Source of the DNA: an uncultured delta proteobacterium | GTDB taxonomy: Bacteria > Desulfobacterota > Binatia > UBA9968 | Reading direction: 5' to 3' | Assembly (NCBI GenBank): GCA_963727625.1 | Contig: CAVSHR010000004.1 | Span: 832,001-896,000 of the forward strand | Length of the DNA stretch: 64,000 bases | In this document: in pieces, positions 1 through 8,103 of the stretch | Position numbering within the stretch: the first letter of the stretch is position 1 | How the letters are laid out: each line of letters opens with the position of its first letter | The notes under the pieces: generated by a model | Seen by the model: the letters and a program-made list of their open reading frames with translations, nothing else | What the model was told of the DNA's origin: nothing | Databases searched by the model: none | Made by a program: the position numbers and the translations under genes

Positions 1-664
1 CTTCGGCCGCATAGGAGCGAATTTTTTCCAGGCACTCTCCGTAGATCTTTGGATCGGTGATGTTGTTGAGCCAGCCGTCGGCCATGCGTGCGACCCTCTT
101 CAAGCCCGGCTCGATGTTATTGGACGCAAGCCAGATCGGCACGCCGCCGCGTTGGATGGGTTTCGGCTCCACCGTTACGTGCTCGAAGCTCGAAAAATTA
201 CCCGCGTATGTGACGTCGTTTTCGCGCCATAGCTTGCGAATGATCTGAACCAGCTCTTCGCTTATTTTGATCCGTTTGGCCGGATCATGACCGAGAACCC
301 TATATTCATGTTCCTGCACCGGATCGTTGGGCCGGCTGTATCCGATGCCGAGATCGACTCGGCCGCGGCTAAGCCAATCGACCGTGCCGACCATATGCGC
401 GACCAGGACGGGATTTCTGAGCGCGGCGAGATAAACCGCCGTGCCCAAGCGAATGCGCCGGGTCCGGGCACCGACGGCGGCGAGCGTCGTGAGCGCGTCA
501 AGGCGCGGCTTGGCCACCACACTATCGCCGACCCAGACCGAGTGAAAGCCGAGCGCCTCGGTACGTTCGGCCAGATCGTAGATACTGCTCGGTTCAGACC
601 TGCCGGAGAGGATCACTTCCCGGGTGGGCAAAAGGATGCCGAATTTCGTTTGCGACTCGCTCAT
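1..664 (-). CDS. LLM-class flavin/F420-dependent oxidoreductase (3' end outside window)
   Basis: Hand translation from ATG at 664: MSESQTKFGILLPTRE...ERTEALGFHSVWVGDS...RIRLGTAVYLAALRNP...SRGRVDLGIG...EPKPIQRGGVPIWLA, a luciferase-like fold pattern. Absent from the ORF track because it runs off the edge. Confidence 0.88.
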   Translation of the reverse strand, partial: MSESQTKFGILLPTREVILSGRSEPSSIYDLAERTEALGFHSVWVGDSVVAKPRLDALTTLAAVGARTRRIRLGTAVYLAALRNPVLVAHMVGTVDWLSRGRVDLGIGYSRPNDPVQEHEYRVLGHDPAKRIKISEELVQIIRKLWRENDVTYAGNFSSFEHVTVEPKPIQRGGVPIWLASNNIEPGLKRVARMADGWLNNITDPKIYGECLEKIRSYAAE

Positions 665-679
665 CTTGCAATGTTGAGG

Positions 680-743
680 CGTGAGAAGTGAGAAGTAGGA
701 CCTTATAAACTCGGCCTGTTCACCGCTCACTCCTCACTTCTTA
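680..743. repeat. Palindromic intergenic element built from GTGAGAA heptamers
   Basis: gtgagaagtgagaagta ... ctcactcctcacttcttac inverted arms. Confidence 0.5.
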
Positions 744-1201
744 CTTTTTTTCTCATCCGCGCCGCGGATCAGTCGCGCGACATCATACTCCATGATCGTT
801 TCACCGCGCTGATTCTTCACCCACTGGCGATAGCGCACGATGCCGCCGCCGCGCGCCGGCACCGGCTTGGTGTCGAGCACTTCGATCTCGACTTGGATCG
901 TGTCGTTGATTTTAACTGGACCAAAGAGACGCATCTTGTCGAGGCCGGCAAAGGCCATACCGGTGCCATGAATGAGCCCGGTCTGCACGGTCAATCCCTC
1001 TGCCATGCCGAAGGTCAGGCTTCCGGGCGCGATGCGATCGCCGTAAAGGCTTTCCTTGCGGATATACTCCATGTCGAGAAACAGCGGTTCGGTAAGTCCA
1101 ACCAGCGTGACAAACTGCAAAATGTCATGCTCGGTGATCGTACGCCGGTCCGTGGAATAGCGGTCGCCGACATGAAACTCATCGAATGTTTTACCCGTCA
1201 T
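734..1201 (-). CDS. MaoC-family (hot-dog) dehydratase
   Basis: GKTFDEFHVGD..RRTITEHDI..PLFLD..YGDRIAPG..GPVKINDTI. Confidence 0.88.
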   Translation of the reverse strand: MTGKTFDEFHVGDRYSTDRRTITEHDILQFVTLVGLTEPLFLDMEYIRKESLYGDRIAPGSLTFGMAEGLTVQTGLIHGTGMAFAGLDKMRLFGPVKINDTIQVEIEVLDTKPVPARGGGIVRYRQWVKNQRGETIMEYDVARLIRGADEKKSKK

Positions 1202-2454
1202 ATAACCTTCTCTCTTTTTAGCTCCTCGACCGCTTTCGCGCTCAGGCCGAGCCAGTCTTTGAGAATCTCCCCGCTATGCTCGCCAAGCAGCGGCGGCGGG
1301 ATTCTGACCGATGCCGGCGTCACCGAAAACTTCACCGGTATCCCCGCCATGCGCACTTTGCCGGCCGTCGGATGTTCGACTTCCATCAGCATATTTCGAT
1401 GCAGCACCTGCGGCGCCTGAAAGACCTGATCGATGGTCTGCACCGGCGCGCAGGGTATTTCCGCTTCCGTCAGTAGTTTGAACCAGGTTTGATTATCGCG
1501 TTGTAGAAACGTCTCCGAGAGCAGCGCGATGAGTTCGGAGCGATATTCCACCCGCTTGGAATTGTTGGCGAAGCGCGGATCGTCAGCCAACTCGGCGCGT
1601 CCGACCGCAGAGCAAAAACGTTTCCAGATCACTTCGCTGGCAACTCCGATGACCAAATAGCCGTCGGCGCTTCTGAAATTTTGATAGGGCACGATGTTGG
1701 GGTGGGCATTGCCCCAACGCGCGGGTATTTTGCCGCCGACGAGATAATTACTGCCGACGTTGATCAGCGATGCGACTTCGGCTTCGAGCAGAGAAGTATC
1801 GACGCGCTGGCCGACGCCGATTTTCTCGCGCGCAAAGAGCGCCGCGACGATTGCCTTGCCAAGCATCAGACCGGCAACCAGATCGATGATCGCCACGCCA
1901 ACTTTCACCGGCTCGCCGTCCGGCGTGCCGGTAATGCTCATCAATCCGCCCCACGCTTGAACGATGAGATCGTACCCCGGCCAATCGCTCATCGGCCCGT
2001 CGGCGCCGAAGCCGGTCAGCGAAGCGTAGACCAGTCCTGGATTTTTCTCGCGCAGTTCCTTTTCGCCTAAACCAAGCCGCTCCATGGTGCCGGGGCGAAA
2101 ATTTTCGATGATTACGTCTGCTGCCGTGGCCAATTGCCGCAGTAGCTCGACGGCCGCCGGCGACTTCAAATCCAACGCGAGACTCTTTTTGTTGCGGTTA
2201 ATGCAAAGGTAATAAGCACTCTCGCCGCCGGCAAAGGGCGGCCCCCAGCCGCGCGTATCGTCGCCGACACCAGGTTGTTCAACCTTGACGACTTCCGCTC
2301 CCAGGTCGCCGAGAAACATCGAGCAGTAGGGACCGGCAACGACGCGCGTCAAATCGAGCACGCGCACGCCATGGAGCGGGCCATTGTAGGATCGATCATG
2401 GTTCAAATCGTTCAACCGCTTTGCTCCGTTCAAGCCGTTCAAAATGTATCGCAA
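1198..2454 (-). CDS. CaiB/BaiF family III CoA-transferase (start uncertain)
   Basis: PLHGVRVLDLTRVVAGP, LGAEVVKVEQP, NRNKKS, ENFRPG, PGYD, PPLLGEH. Confidence 0.93.
   Translation of the reverse strand: MRYILNGLNGAKRLNDLNHDRSYNGPLHGVRVLDLTRVVAGPYCSMFLGDLGAEVVKVEQPGVGDDTRGWGPPFAGGESAYYLCINRNKKSLALDLKSPAAVELLRQLATAADVIIENFRPGTMERLGLGEKELREKNPGLVYASLTGFGADGPMSDWPGYDLIVQAWGGLMSITGTPDGEPVKVGVAIIDLVAGLMLGKAIVAALFAREKIGVGQRVDTSLLEAEVASLINVGSNYLVGGKIPARWGNAHPNIVPYQNFRSADGYLVIGVASEVIWKRFCSAVGRAELADDPRFANNSKRVEYRSELIALLSETFLQRDNQTWFKLLTEAEIPCAPVQTIDQVFQAPQVLHRNMLMEVEHPTAGKVRMAGIPVKFSVTPASVRIPPPLLGEHSGEILKDWLGLSAKAVEELKREKVI
2401..2443. repeat. GTTCAA-unit tandem repeat overlapping the 5' end of the CoA-transferase
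   Basis: gttcaaatcgttcaaccgctttgctccgttcaagccgttcaaa; shares the GTTCAA unit with 4681 and 38796. Confidence 0.6.
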
Positions 2455-2548
2455 TTGCCGTTAAAGAAATCGACTCCCGTTCCACCATTCCGGCGCATTC
2501 CGGAATCCAGATTTTTTGATCCGGATCTTGGAAAGAGATTATGCTGCA

Positions 2549-2923
2549 TCATTTAAAGTCGATGCCTTTTGTCTTGAGAATTTCTTGGAGCGTGTCGACT
2601 CCCGCCCAGAGACCCGGCATGCCGCCGGGAATCGCCGCGACCTCCATCGCCTCGAGCACTTCCTTGGGCGTCGCTCCGAGAGTGAGCGCCCGCTCGCTGT
2701 GCAGACGAATGCCGCGTGGCCGGAGCAGAGCGCAACAAATGCCGACCATGATCAGCTCTTTAGTCTTTCGCGGCAGCGCACCCTCGCGCCCGAAGGTGCC
2801 GTCGACATAAAGCCCTTTGAGCTTGTCGAAATACTCAGGGTCTAATTTGAAAATTACATCGTAAGCGCTGTTCTCCGAGCCCAGGCCGACTTTCTTGAAA
2901 GCTTCTTTCGCTTCATCCGCCAT
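2549..2923 (-). CDS. Carboxymuconolactone decarboxylase/AhpD-like protein
   Basis: GALPRKTKELIMVG..H..RALTLGATPKEVLE..PGG; start MADEAK after GGAGG RBS. Confidence 0.85.
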   Translation of the reverse strand: MADEAKEAFKKVGLGSENSAYDVIFKLDPEYFDKLKGLYVDGTFGREGALPRKTKELIMVGICCALLRPRGIRLHSERALTLGATPKEVLEAMEVAAIPGGMPGLWAGVDTLQEILKTKGIDFK

Positions 2924-2936
2924 GTATAATCCTCCC

Positions 2937-4637
2937 CTAATCTTTTCGGGTGTTCTGCGCGATGACGACGTCGACCAGCGCCGGACCATTCTGTTCCAGC
3001 GCGCGCTTGATCGCCGGCTCGATGGCATCCGGTTCTTCGACCCGTTGGCCGTATATACCGAATGTCTCTGCGAGCCGAGCGAAATTCAGCTCGGGGCTAA
3101 CGAGCTCCGCGCCCATCTCAGCGGCCATGCGAATGCGCTCTTCCGAGCCACGGAATTGATTTTTAACCGCCATGTAGGCGCGGTTATTGAACACGATCAC
3201 CAACACCGGCACGCGATACTTCGCCAGAGTCCAAAGCCCTTGAAGGCCGAACATGCTGCTGCCGTCACCCAGACAGGCCACCACGCGGCGCTTCGGCGCG
3301 GCGAGCTTGGCGCCGATCGAAGCCCCCAACCCCCAGCCAAGATAGCCGCCCGATGAATTGGAAAAGTACGAGCGTCCCGGCGAGAATTGAAAATTCGCCA
3401 TCAAGATATCCTTGCTGGTGGGACTCTCGTTGACGATCAAAGTGTCCTTTTCGAGCAGGCGGTCCATCGTGCGTGCCAAACGGGCCGCGCTGATCGGCGT
3501 ACCATCCCAGCCTTGTTTCACGCGGGTTTCGAGCTCGACCTTCACCTGTTCTTGGGCTTTTTGAATCGTCGCCAATCTCTCTTCTCGACCGTTCGCTGAA
3601 CCGGTGACTTTGGGATAGCTATCGAGGAGCGCGCGCAGCGCGCTCTTGCCGTCGGCGATAATGCCGAGATCCACCGGAAATACCTTGCCGATCTCCCAGG
3701 GATCTTCCTCGATGTGGATGCAGCGCGTGCCGGGCTTCATTACCGGATCGGGCAGAAAGCGATATTCGCGGATCAACCGGCAGCCGATGGCCAAAATCAC
3801 ATCGGGGTCGCCCCACACCGGCAAATTAAAAGACGGGTTGCGCTCGGCGATCTGGAAGCTCTGCGGATGGTCTGTGGGAAAACTTAGAAACGAATAGCGC
3901 GGCTCCATCACCACCGGCGCGCCGAGCATCTCGGCGAATTTGACCAGCTCCTCAGTGCCGCGGGCCTTGGCGATGCCGCTGCCGGCGACGATGAGCGGTC
4001 TTCTCGCCTTGGCGAGCATTTGCGCCGCCTCTTCGAGCGCCTCGGGATCAGCGGCCACCCGCGGCGTGACCCGCGAACGTTCCGCCGCGGGATTCTTGAC
4101 GTCGATGGGGTCGCCGAGCAAGTTGCTCGGGAGAGCCAAATAAACCGGACCGGTAGGAGGCGTGGCCGCGACTTTGAATGCGCGATTTAAAAATTCCGGG
4201 ATGCGATCGGCGCGATGAACTTCCGCGCTCCACTTGGTGAACTGCTTGGTCATCTCGACCAAATCCTTGCCTTCGGTGTGCGAATCGCGCCCAACGATGC
4301 GGGTATCCACATGGGTCGAGGTAACCACGACGGGAGAGCGGTCGCGAAAGGCATCGTACAACGCTCCCACCGCGTTGCAGGAACCCGGCAGCGTGCTTAC
4401 TTGCGCGATCGACGGCCGGCCCGTAACCCGAGCGTAACCGTCCGCCATGGAGACCACACAGGTTTCGTGCAGTGCCAGCACGAAGCGGACCTTTTCCTGA
4501 TCGGCGATGGTGCCGATAAATTCCTGCCCGCTGGTGCCCGGCAAGCCGAAAACATAGTCGACACCATGGTCCACCGCGACTTCGAGATAGGCCTGCGCTG
4601 CGGTTTTTTGCATGCCGCCATTGTCAGCCATGTTCAA
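2937..4637 (-). CDS. ThDP-dependent enzyme, benzoylformate decarboxylase-like
   Basis: VFGLPGT, LHE..SMADGYAR, GGYLGWG, GDGS...NN ThDP motif. Confidence 0.9.
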   Translation of the reverse strand: MNMADNGGMQKTAAQAYLEVAVDHGVDYVFGLPGTSGQEFIGTIADQEKVRFVLALHETCVVSMADGYARVTGRPSIAQVSTLPGSCNAVGALYDAFRDRSPVVVTSTHVDTRIVGRDSHTEGKDLVEMTKQFTKWSAEVHRADRIPEFLNRAFKVAATPPTGPVYLALPSNLLGDPIDVKNPAAERSRVTPRVAADPEALEEAAQMLAKARRPLIVAGSGIAKARGTEELVKFAEMLGAPVVMEPRYSFLSFPTDHPQSFQIAERNPSFNLPVWGDPDVILAIGCRLIREYRFLPDPVMKPGTRCIHIEEDPWEIGKVFPVDLGIIADGKSALRALLDSYPKVTGSANGREERLATIQKAQEQVKVELETRVKQGWDGTPISAARLARTMDRLLEKDTLIVNESPTSKDILMANFQFSPGRSYFSNSSGGYLGWGLGASIGAKLAAPKRRVVACLGDGSSMFGLQGLWTLAKYRVPVLVIVFNNRAYMAVKNQFRGSEERIRMAAEMGAELVSPELNFARLAETFGIYGQRVEEPDAIEPAIKRALEQNGPALVDVVIAQNTRKD

Positions 4638-4680
4638 TATCTCCTTTACTCTCCGTGTCCCCTGTACGCTCGATGGCCCC

Positions 4681-4775
4681 GTTCAAATGTTCCAATGTTC
4701 AAGGTTCAAGGTATAGTTCGGTCGCCAAGTCGCATTTGTTCCAGTTGTCATAACCGAAACCTTGAACTTTGAACG
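4681..4775. repeat. Palindromic GTTCAAG/CTTGAAC heptamer element
   Basis: gttcaaggttcaagg ... ccttgaactttgaac inverted arms. Confidence 0.65.
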
Positions 4776-4802
4776 CTGGAAGCTTGTCCGGCAGTTAGCC
4801 CT

Positions 4803-5798
4803 TTATTGATACAACCGGTCGATAAAGCCGCTGTCGTCCAATTCTTTTAGCAATGAAATGTTCATGATCCGTTCCGGCGGAACATTCGCCGCCTCCGGCC
4901 GGTCCTTCGCCGCCAGTTCCAATAGCGCTTTGATTCCCTGCGCCGTCGGATAGGGTTTCTTGGGGACGATCTTGTTGGCGAAATAATCCCAGGTGGCGCG
5001 GACCGCTTCCATGTCGTTGGTGCGCATGTACCTGGCGATAATCGCCATGCTTTCTTTTTTCCGCGTTTTGTAAAAATGGATGCCCTCGACAAACGCCTTC
5101 ACCAGCCGAAGCGCCGCGGGGCGGTTTTTCTTGATAAATCTTTGGCTGCTCGCCAAACCGGTGATCTGGTACTCCGCTCCGAGCTCGGACATATCCATTA
5201 GCACGTTCATCCCCTGCCGCTGGGCAATGGTCGTAATCGGCGGCAATAGAATGGCTGCTTCGAGCCGTCCGGCGCTCATCGCCGCCAATCGGGTCGACTG
5301 CTCGCCCAACTGCAGGATCGTCACCTCGCTCGGCTCGATGCCCATGCGTTTGAGCGCGAAGCGGGCGGCAATATCCGGCGCAGTACCGAAGCGATTGACA
5401 CCGACTCGCCTGCCCTTGAGCTGCTCGGGTTTGGTGATCTGTTTCACGGTGACCACCTGAAAGGCAAAAGTGTTGACGATACCTGCGATCATCACTAGAT
5501 CGCTGCCGCTCAAATGACTGCTCACCACCGCCGGCCCGGCCATCGCCACGGCCTGCACCTCCCCGGCGATCATCGAAGCGGCCGCCGTCGGCCCGCCGGG
5601 AATGAAGATCAAGTTGACATCGAGTCCGTTTTTCCTAAATAGCCCGGCTTCTTTGGTGATCCAAATCGGCGCGAAAGCGCCGGCCTGGGCACTGTAGCCG
5701 ATATTCATTTTTTCCAGTTTATCTTGGGATCGAACAATCCCCGGCGCCAAGAACAGGTTCACAACCAAAATGCTGTAAAATAGTAAGCGACCTTTCAT
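4803..5798 (-). CDS. ABC transporter substrate-binding protein (TauA/NMT1 type)
   Basis: Signal peptide, PIWITKEAGLFRKNGLDV, LKGRRVGVNRFG, ELDDSGFIDRLY. Confidence 0.9.
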   Translation of the reverse strand: MKGRLLFYSILVVNLFLAPGIVRSQDKLEKMNIGYSAQAGAFAPIWITKEAGLFRKNGLDVNLIFIPGGPTAAASMIAGEVQAVAMAGPAVVSSHLSGSDLVMIAGIVNTFAFQVVTVKQITKPEQLKGRRVGVNRFGTAPDIAARFALKRMGIEPSEVTILQLGEQSTRLAAMSAGRLEAAILLPPITTIAQRQGMNVLMDMSELGAEYQITGLASSQRFIKKNRPAALRLVKAFVEGIHFYKTRKKESMAIIARYMRTNDMEAVRATWDYFANKIVPKKPYPTAQGIKALLELAAKDRPEAANVPPERIMNISLLKELDDSGFIDRLYQ

Positions 5799-5935
5799 TA
5801 AGTCTCTCCAAGTCCAATTTTGCTATTCAACAGGTTATCGGGCCAGGCCTCCATGCCTGCCCATTCCAAGGAGGCAACCACAGCGGGCCACCTCAACAAA
5901 ATTTTTTCTAAAACAAATCGCTGCTTTCTAAGAGG

Positions 5936-6793
5936 TCATGTCAAAAGCCCGAAAAGATTCCGCGCGTTCTCCCGTAGCAATTTTTCCTTCACGCTATCTT
6001 TGAAACCCATTTTATCGAAGCTAACCAACGCCTTCGCCAAGTCTACGTACGGAAAATCAGTGCCGAATAACGCTTTGTCCTGCAAGCGGCTGCCGATCGC
6101 CTTTTGAAAAACCTCCGGCAGTTGTTCGGCGAGATAGCCGGAGGTATCGACATAGAGATTTTTTTTATGGGTCACCACCCCGATGGTCTCTTCGACCCAA
6201 GGCCAGCCCGGATGGGCGGCGATGATTTTCATTCGGGGAAAATCCCTAGCGACGGCGTCTAGATGAATCGGCCGGCCGAAGTCAAGACCGATACCGCTGC
6301 CGCCCTCGGTATTGGCGCCGAGCACGGTAAACCCGACGTGGAACAACGATGGCTTGCCCCCCGCCTGCAAAACCTCCCAGATCGGATAATATTTTTTATC
6401 ACTCGGATAAAAACCCTGATCAGGGGGATGAAATTTAAAACCCACCACCTGCGGATTTTTGATAAGCTCTTCGGCGTAACCCGCCACCGCAGTCAGGTCC
6501 TCGGCGTTGGTATCCAAGGACGCGAGCACGCCGGCGAATGCTTTCGGATAACCGGCGACCAGCTCGAGCGCGTGACCATTGGTATTGCGCCCGCCCTCAT
6601 GAACCGTGGACGGATGCCAACCAATCAGCAGCGCCTTGACATCATGCCGCAAATACAAATCGGCGAAGCCTTGCGCCGTCTGCGGCACTTCGCTCAAGTC
6701 CCGGCGAAAATAATTGCACGCGTCGGTATCAAGGCCGCGCGTGCTTGGGTGTACGTGAACGTCAATGGCGCGCATGGCCGCTCCTTTCGACAA
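5936..6793 (-). CDS. Amidohydrolase_2 family protein
   Basis: IDVHVH, GFKFHP, LFHVG, AAHPGWPW, LFGTDFP. Confidence 0.9.
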   Translation of the reverse strand: MSKGAAMRAIDVHVHPSTRGLDTDACNYFRRDLSEVPQTAQGFADLYLRHDVKALLIGWHPSTVHEGGRNTNGHALELVAGYPKAFAGVLASLDTNAEDLTAVAGYAEELIKNPQVVGFKFHPPDQGFYPSDKKYYPIWEVLQAGGKPSLFHVGFTVLGANTEGGSGIGLDFGRPIHLDAVARDFPRMKIIAAHPGWPWVEETIGVVTHKKNLYVDTSGYLAEQLPEVFQKAIGSRLQDKALFGTDFPYVDLAKALVSFDKMGFKDSVKEKLLRENARNLFGLLT

Positions 6794-7016
6794 AGGCCGG
6801 CGCCCAAGGATTTGACTGACGGTCTTCGTAAAACCTTTGCCCTTGATCGGTCACGGCGTGCAGCTGCTTTGCCACGCCGTCGACGGCCTCCATACTCGCC
6901 CCCGCTTCGAGATCGTTGGTCTGCCCCGGTTTTCGCCCGCGATCGTTTAGAAAGGCGATGTCGAAACCCATCACGCCGAGACCGAGAACCCCGACGGTTT
7001 TGATCGCATCATTCAT
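6762..7016 (-). pseudogene. Internally deleted 3-hydroxyacyl-CoA dehydrogenase remnant
   Basis: Rossmann start IKTVGVLGLGVMGFDIA joined to LEAGASMEAVD and a frameshifted KGKGF(Y)-like C-terminal motif; far too short for a full enzyme. Confidence 0.6.
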
Positions 7017-7037
7017 GTGCTTCTTTCTCTCAAACAA

Positions 7038-7907
7038 CTAAACGAGATTCTCCACCAGCGCCGCCGGTTGAATATCGCGCGCGCGAGAGTCTTGCAGCGC
7101 CACTTCTCGCAATATGGAATTGATCGAATTCTCTGAAGGCGTCAAGGAAGAAGTGAATTCCGCCGCAAACAACCGATAACATTTCTCCACGACCTGCGGC
7201 GTCTTGGCGAGCGCCGGAAGCCAGCGGTTGATCTCTTTGATGGTTTGCTGCGGCTGGCTCTTGAAGAGTTGCACGCTTTCGCCGTAAATCGCAACTATTT
7301 TGCGCACCAACTCCGTGTTATCGCGCAGAAATCGACGGCTGGTCGCAAGCGGCACCCAATGGCAGTCGAGTTCCAAGCTGTCGGCAATGACGCGCAAGCC
7401 TTCGGCCTCCGCCAAAAATGCCTTCTCCGGCGGCAACAGAGCGGCATCGATCTGCCCTTCCATCAGCACGTCAAAACTTCTGTCGTTGATACCCGAATCG
7501 ACAACTTTCAAGTCCTTGCCGATCGCGAAGCCCCACTTTCTTAAAAGAGCGAGCATGACCATTCCTGCCATCCGCCGCGGCTGATTGATGCCGACGCGCT
7601 TGCCCCTGAGGTTCGCCACCGTGGCGATACTCGGATGTGCCGCCAAATAAAAAACCGGGCGATTGAGCAGTCCCGCGACGATGACTATATCACTCCCTTC
7701 GAGCACGGAAAAAACCAGCGAGGGCGCGTTCGGAGTACCGATGGGTGTCGCTCCGGAAACGATGTCCGGCACGGCCCGCTCTTCGTCCCGCTGATTGACG
7801 ATTTCGACCGGAACTTTTTCCCGTTCGAAAAGACCCGCAGCCTGGGCAACCAGCGGCAGAAAACGACCGATACTCGAAACTCCGATGCCGATTTTGATTG
7901 GATCCAT
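7038..7907 (-). CDS. ABC substrate-binding-like protein (NMT1 type), no evident signal peptide
   Basis: PLVAQAAGLFEREKVPVE, LRGKRVGI, GQIDAALLPP. Confidence 0.75.
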   Translation of the reverse strand: MDPIKIGIGVSSIGRFLPLVAQAAGLFEREKVPVEIVNQRDEERAVPDIVSGATPIGTPNAPSLVFSVLEGSDIVIVAGLLNRPVFYLAAHPSIATVANLRGKRVGINQPRRMAGMVMLALLRKWGFAIGKDLKVVDSGINDRSFDVLMEGQIDAALLPPEKAFLAEAEGLRVIADSLELDCHWVPLATSRRFLRDNTELVRKIVAIYGESVQLFKSQPQQTIKEINRWLPALAKTPQVVEKCYRLFAAEFTSSLTPSENSINSILREVALQDSRARDIQPAALVENLV

Positions 7908-8103
7908 AGAGTTTTTATAAAGCGGCAATTGTTAAACCGGTGCGGGCTCGAATCTTGCAAATAAGGTGTCCCACGCTCCGAAAAGGCGGACCGAGATCTC
8001 AATGATCAGTGCGGTGCGATGAAAATTATGCATTTCGGTTCCTTCGTATACGCCACCGGCGGTTTTTCGCACTAACGCTAGCCTTACTTTGCGGCTAATG
8101 TTC

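Noticed and set aside
4681-4800. GTTCAA repeats as a CRISPR array, or GTTAGCC at 4794 as an attC end
   Set aside because: No equal-length repeat-spacer series, no cas genes, and no matching R'' or L boxes.
5838-5895. Degenerate REP-like hairpins here and near 34560-34595 and 56405-56440
   Set aside because: Single degenerate copies; a family cannot be established from this window.
7955-7975. Possible sigma54 promoter (minus strand TGGGAC...TTGCA)
   Set aside because: GG-to-GC spacing is 11 nt rather than the required 10.
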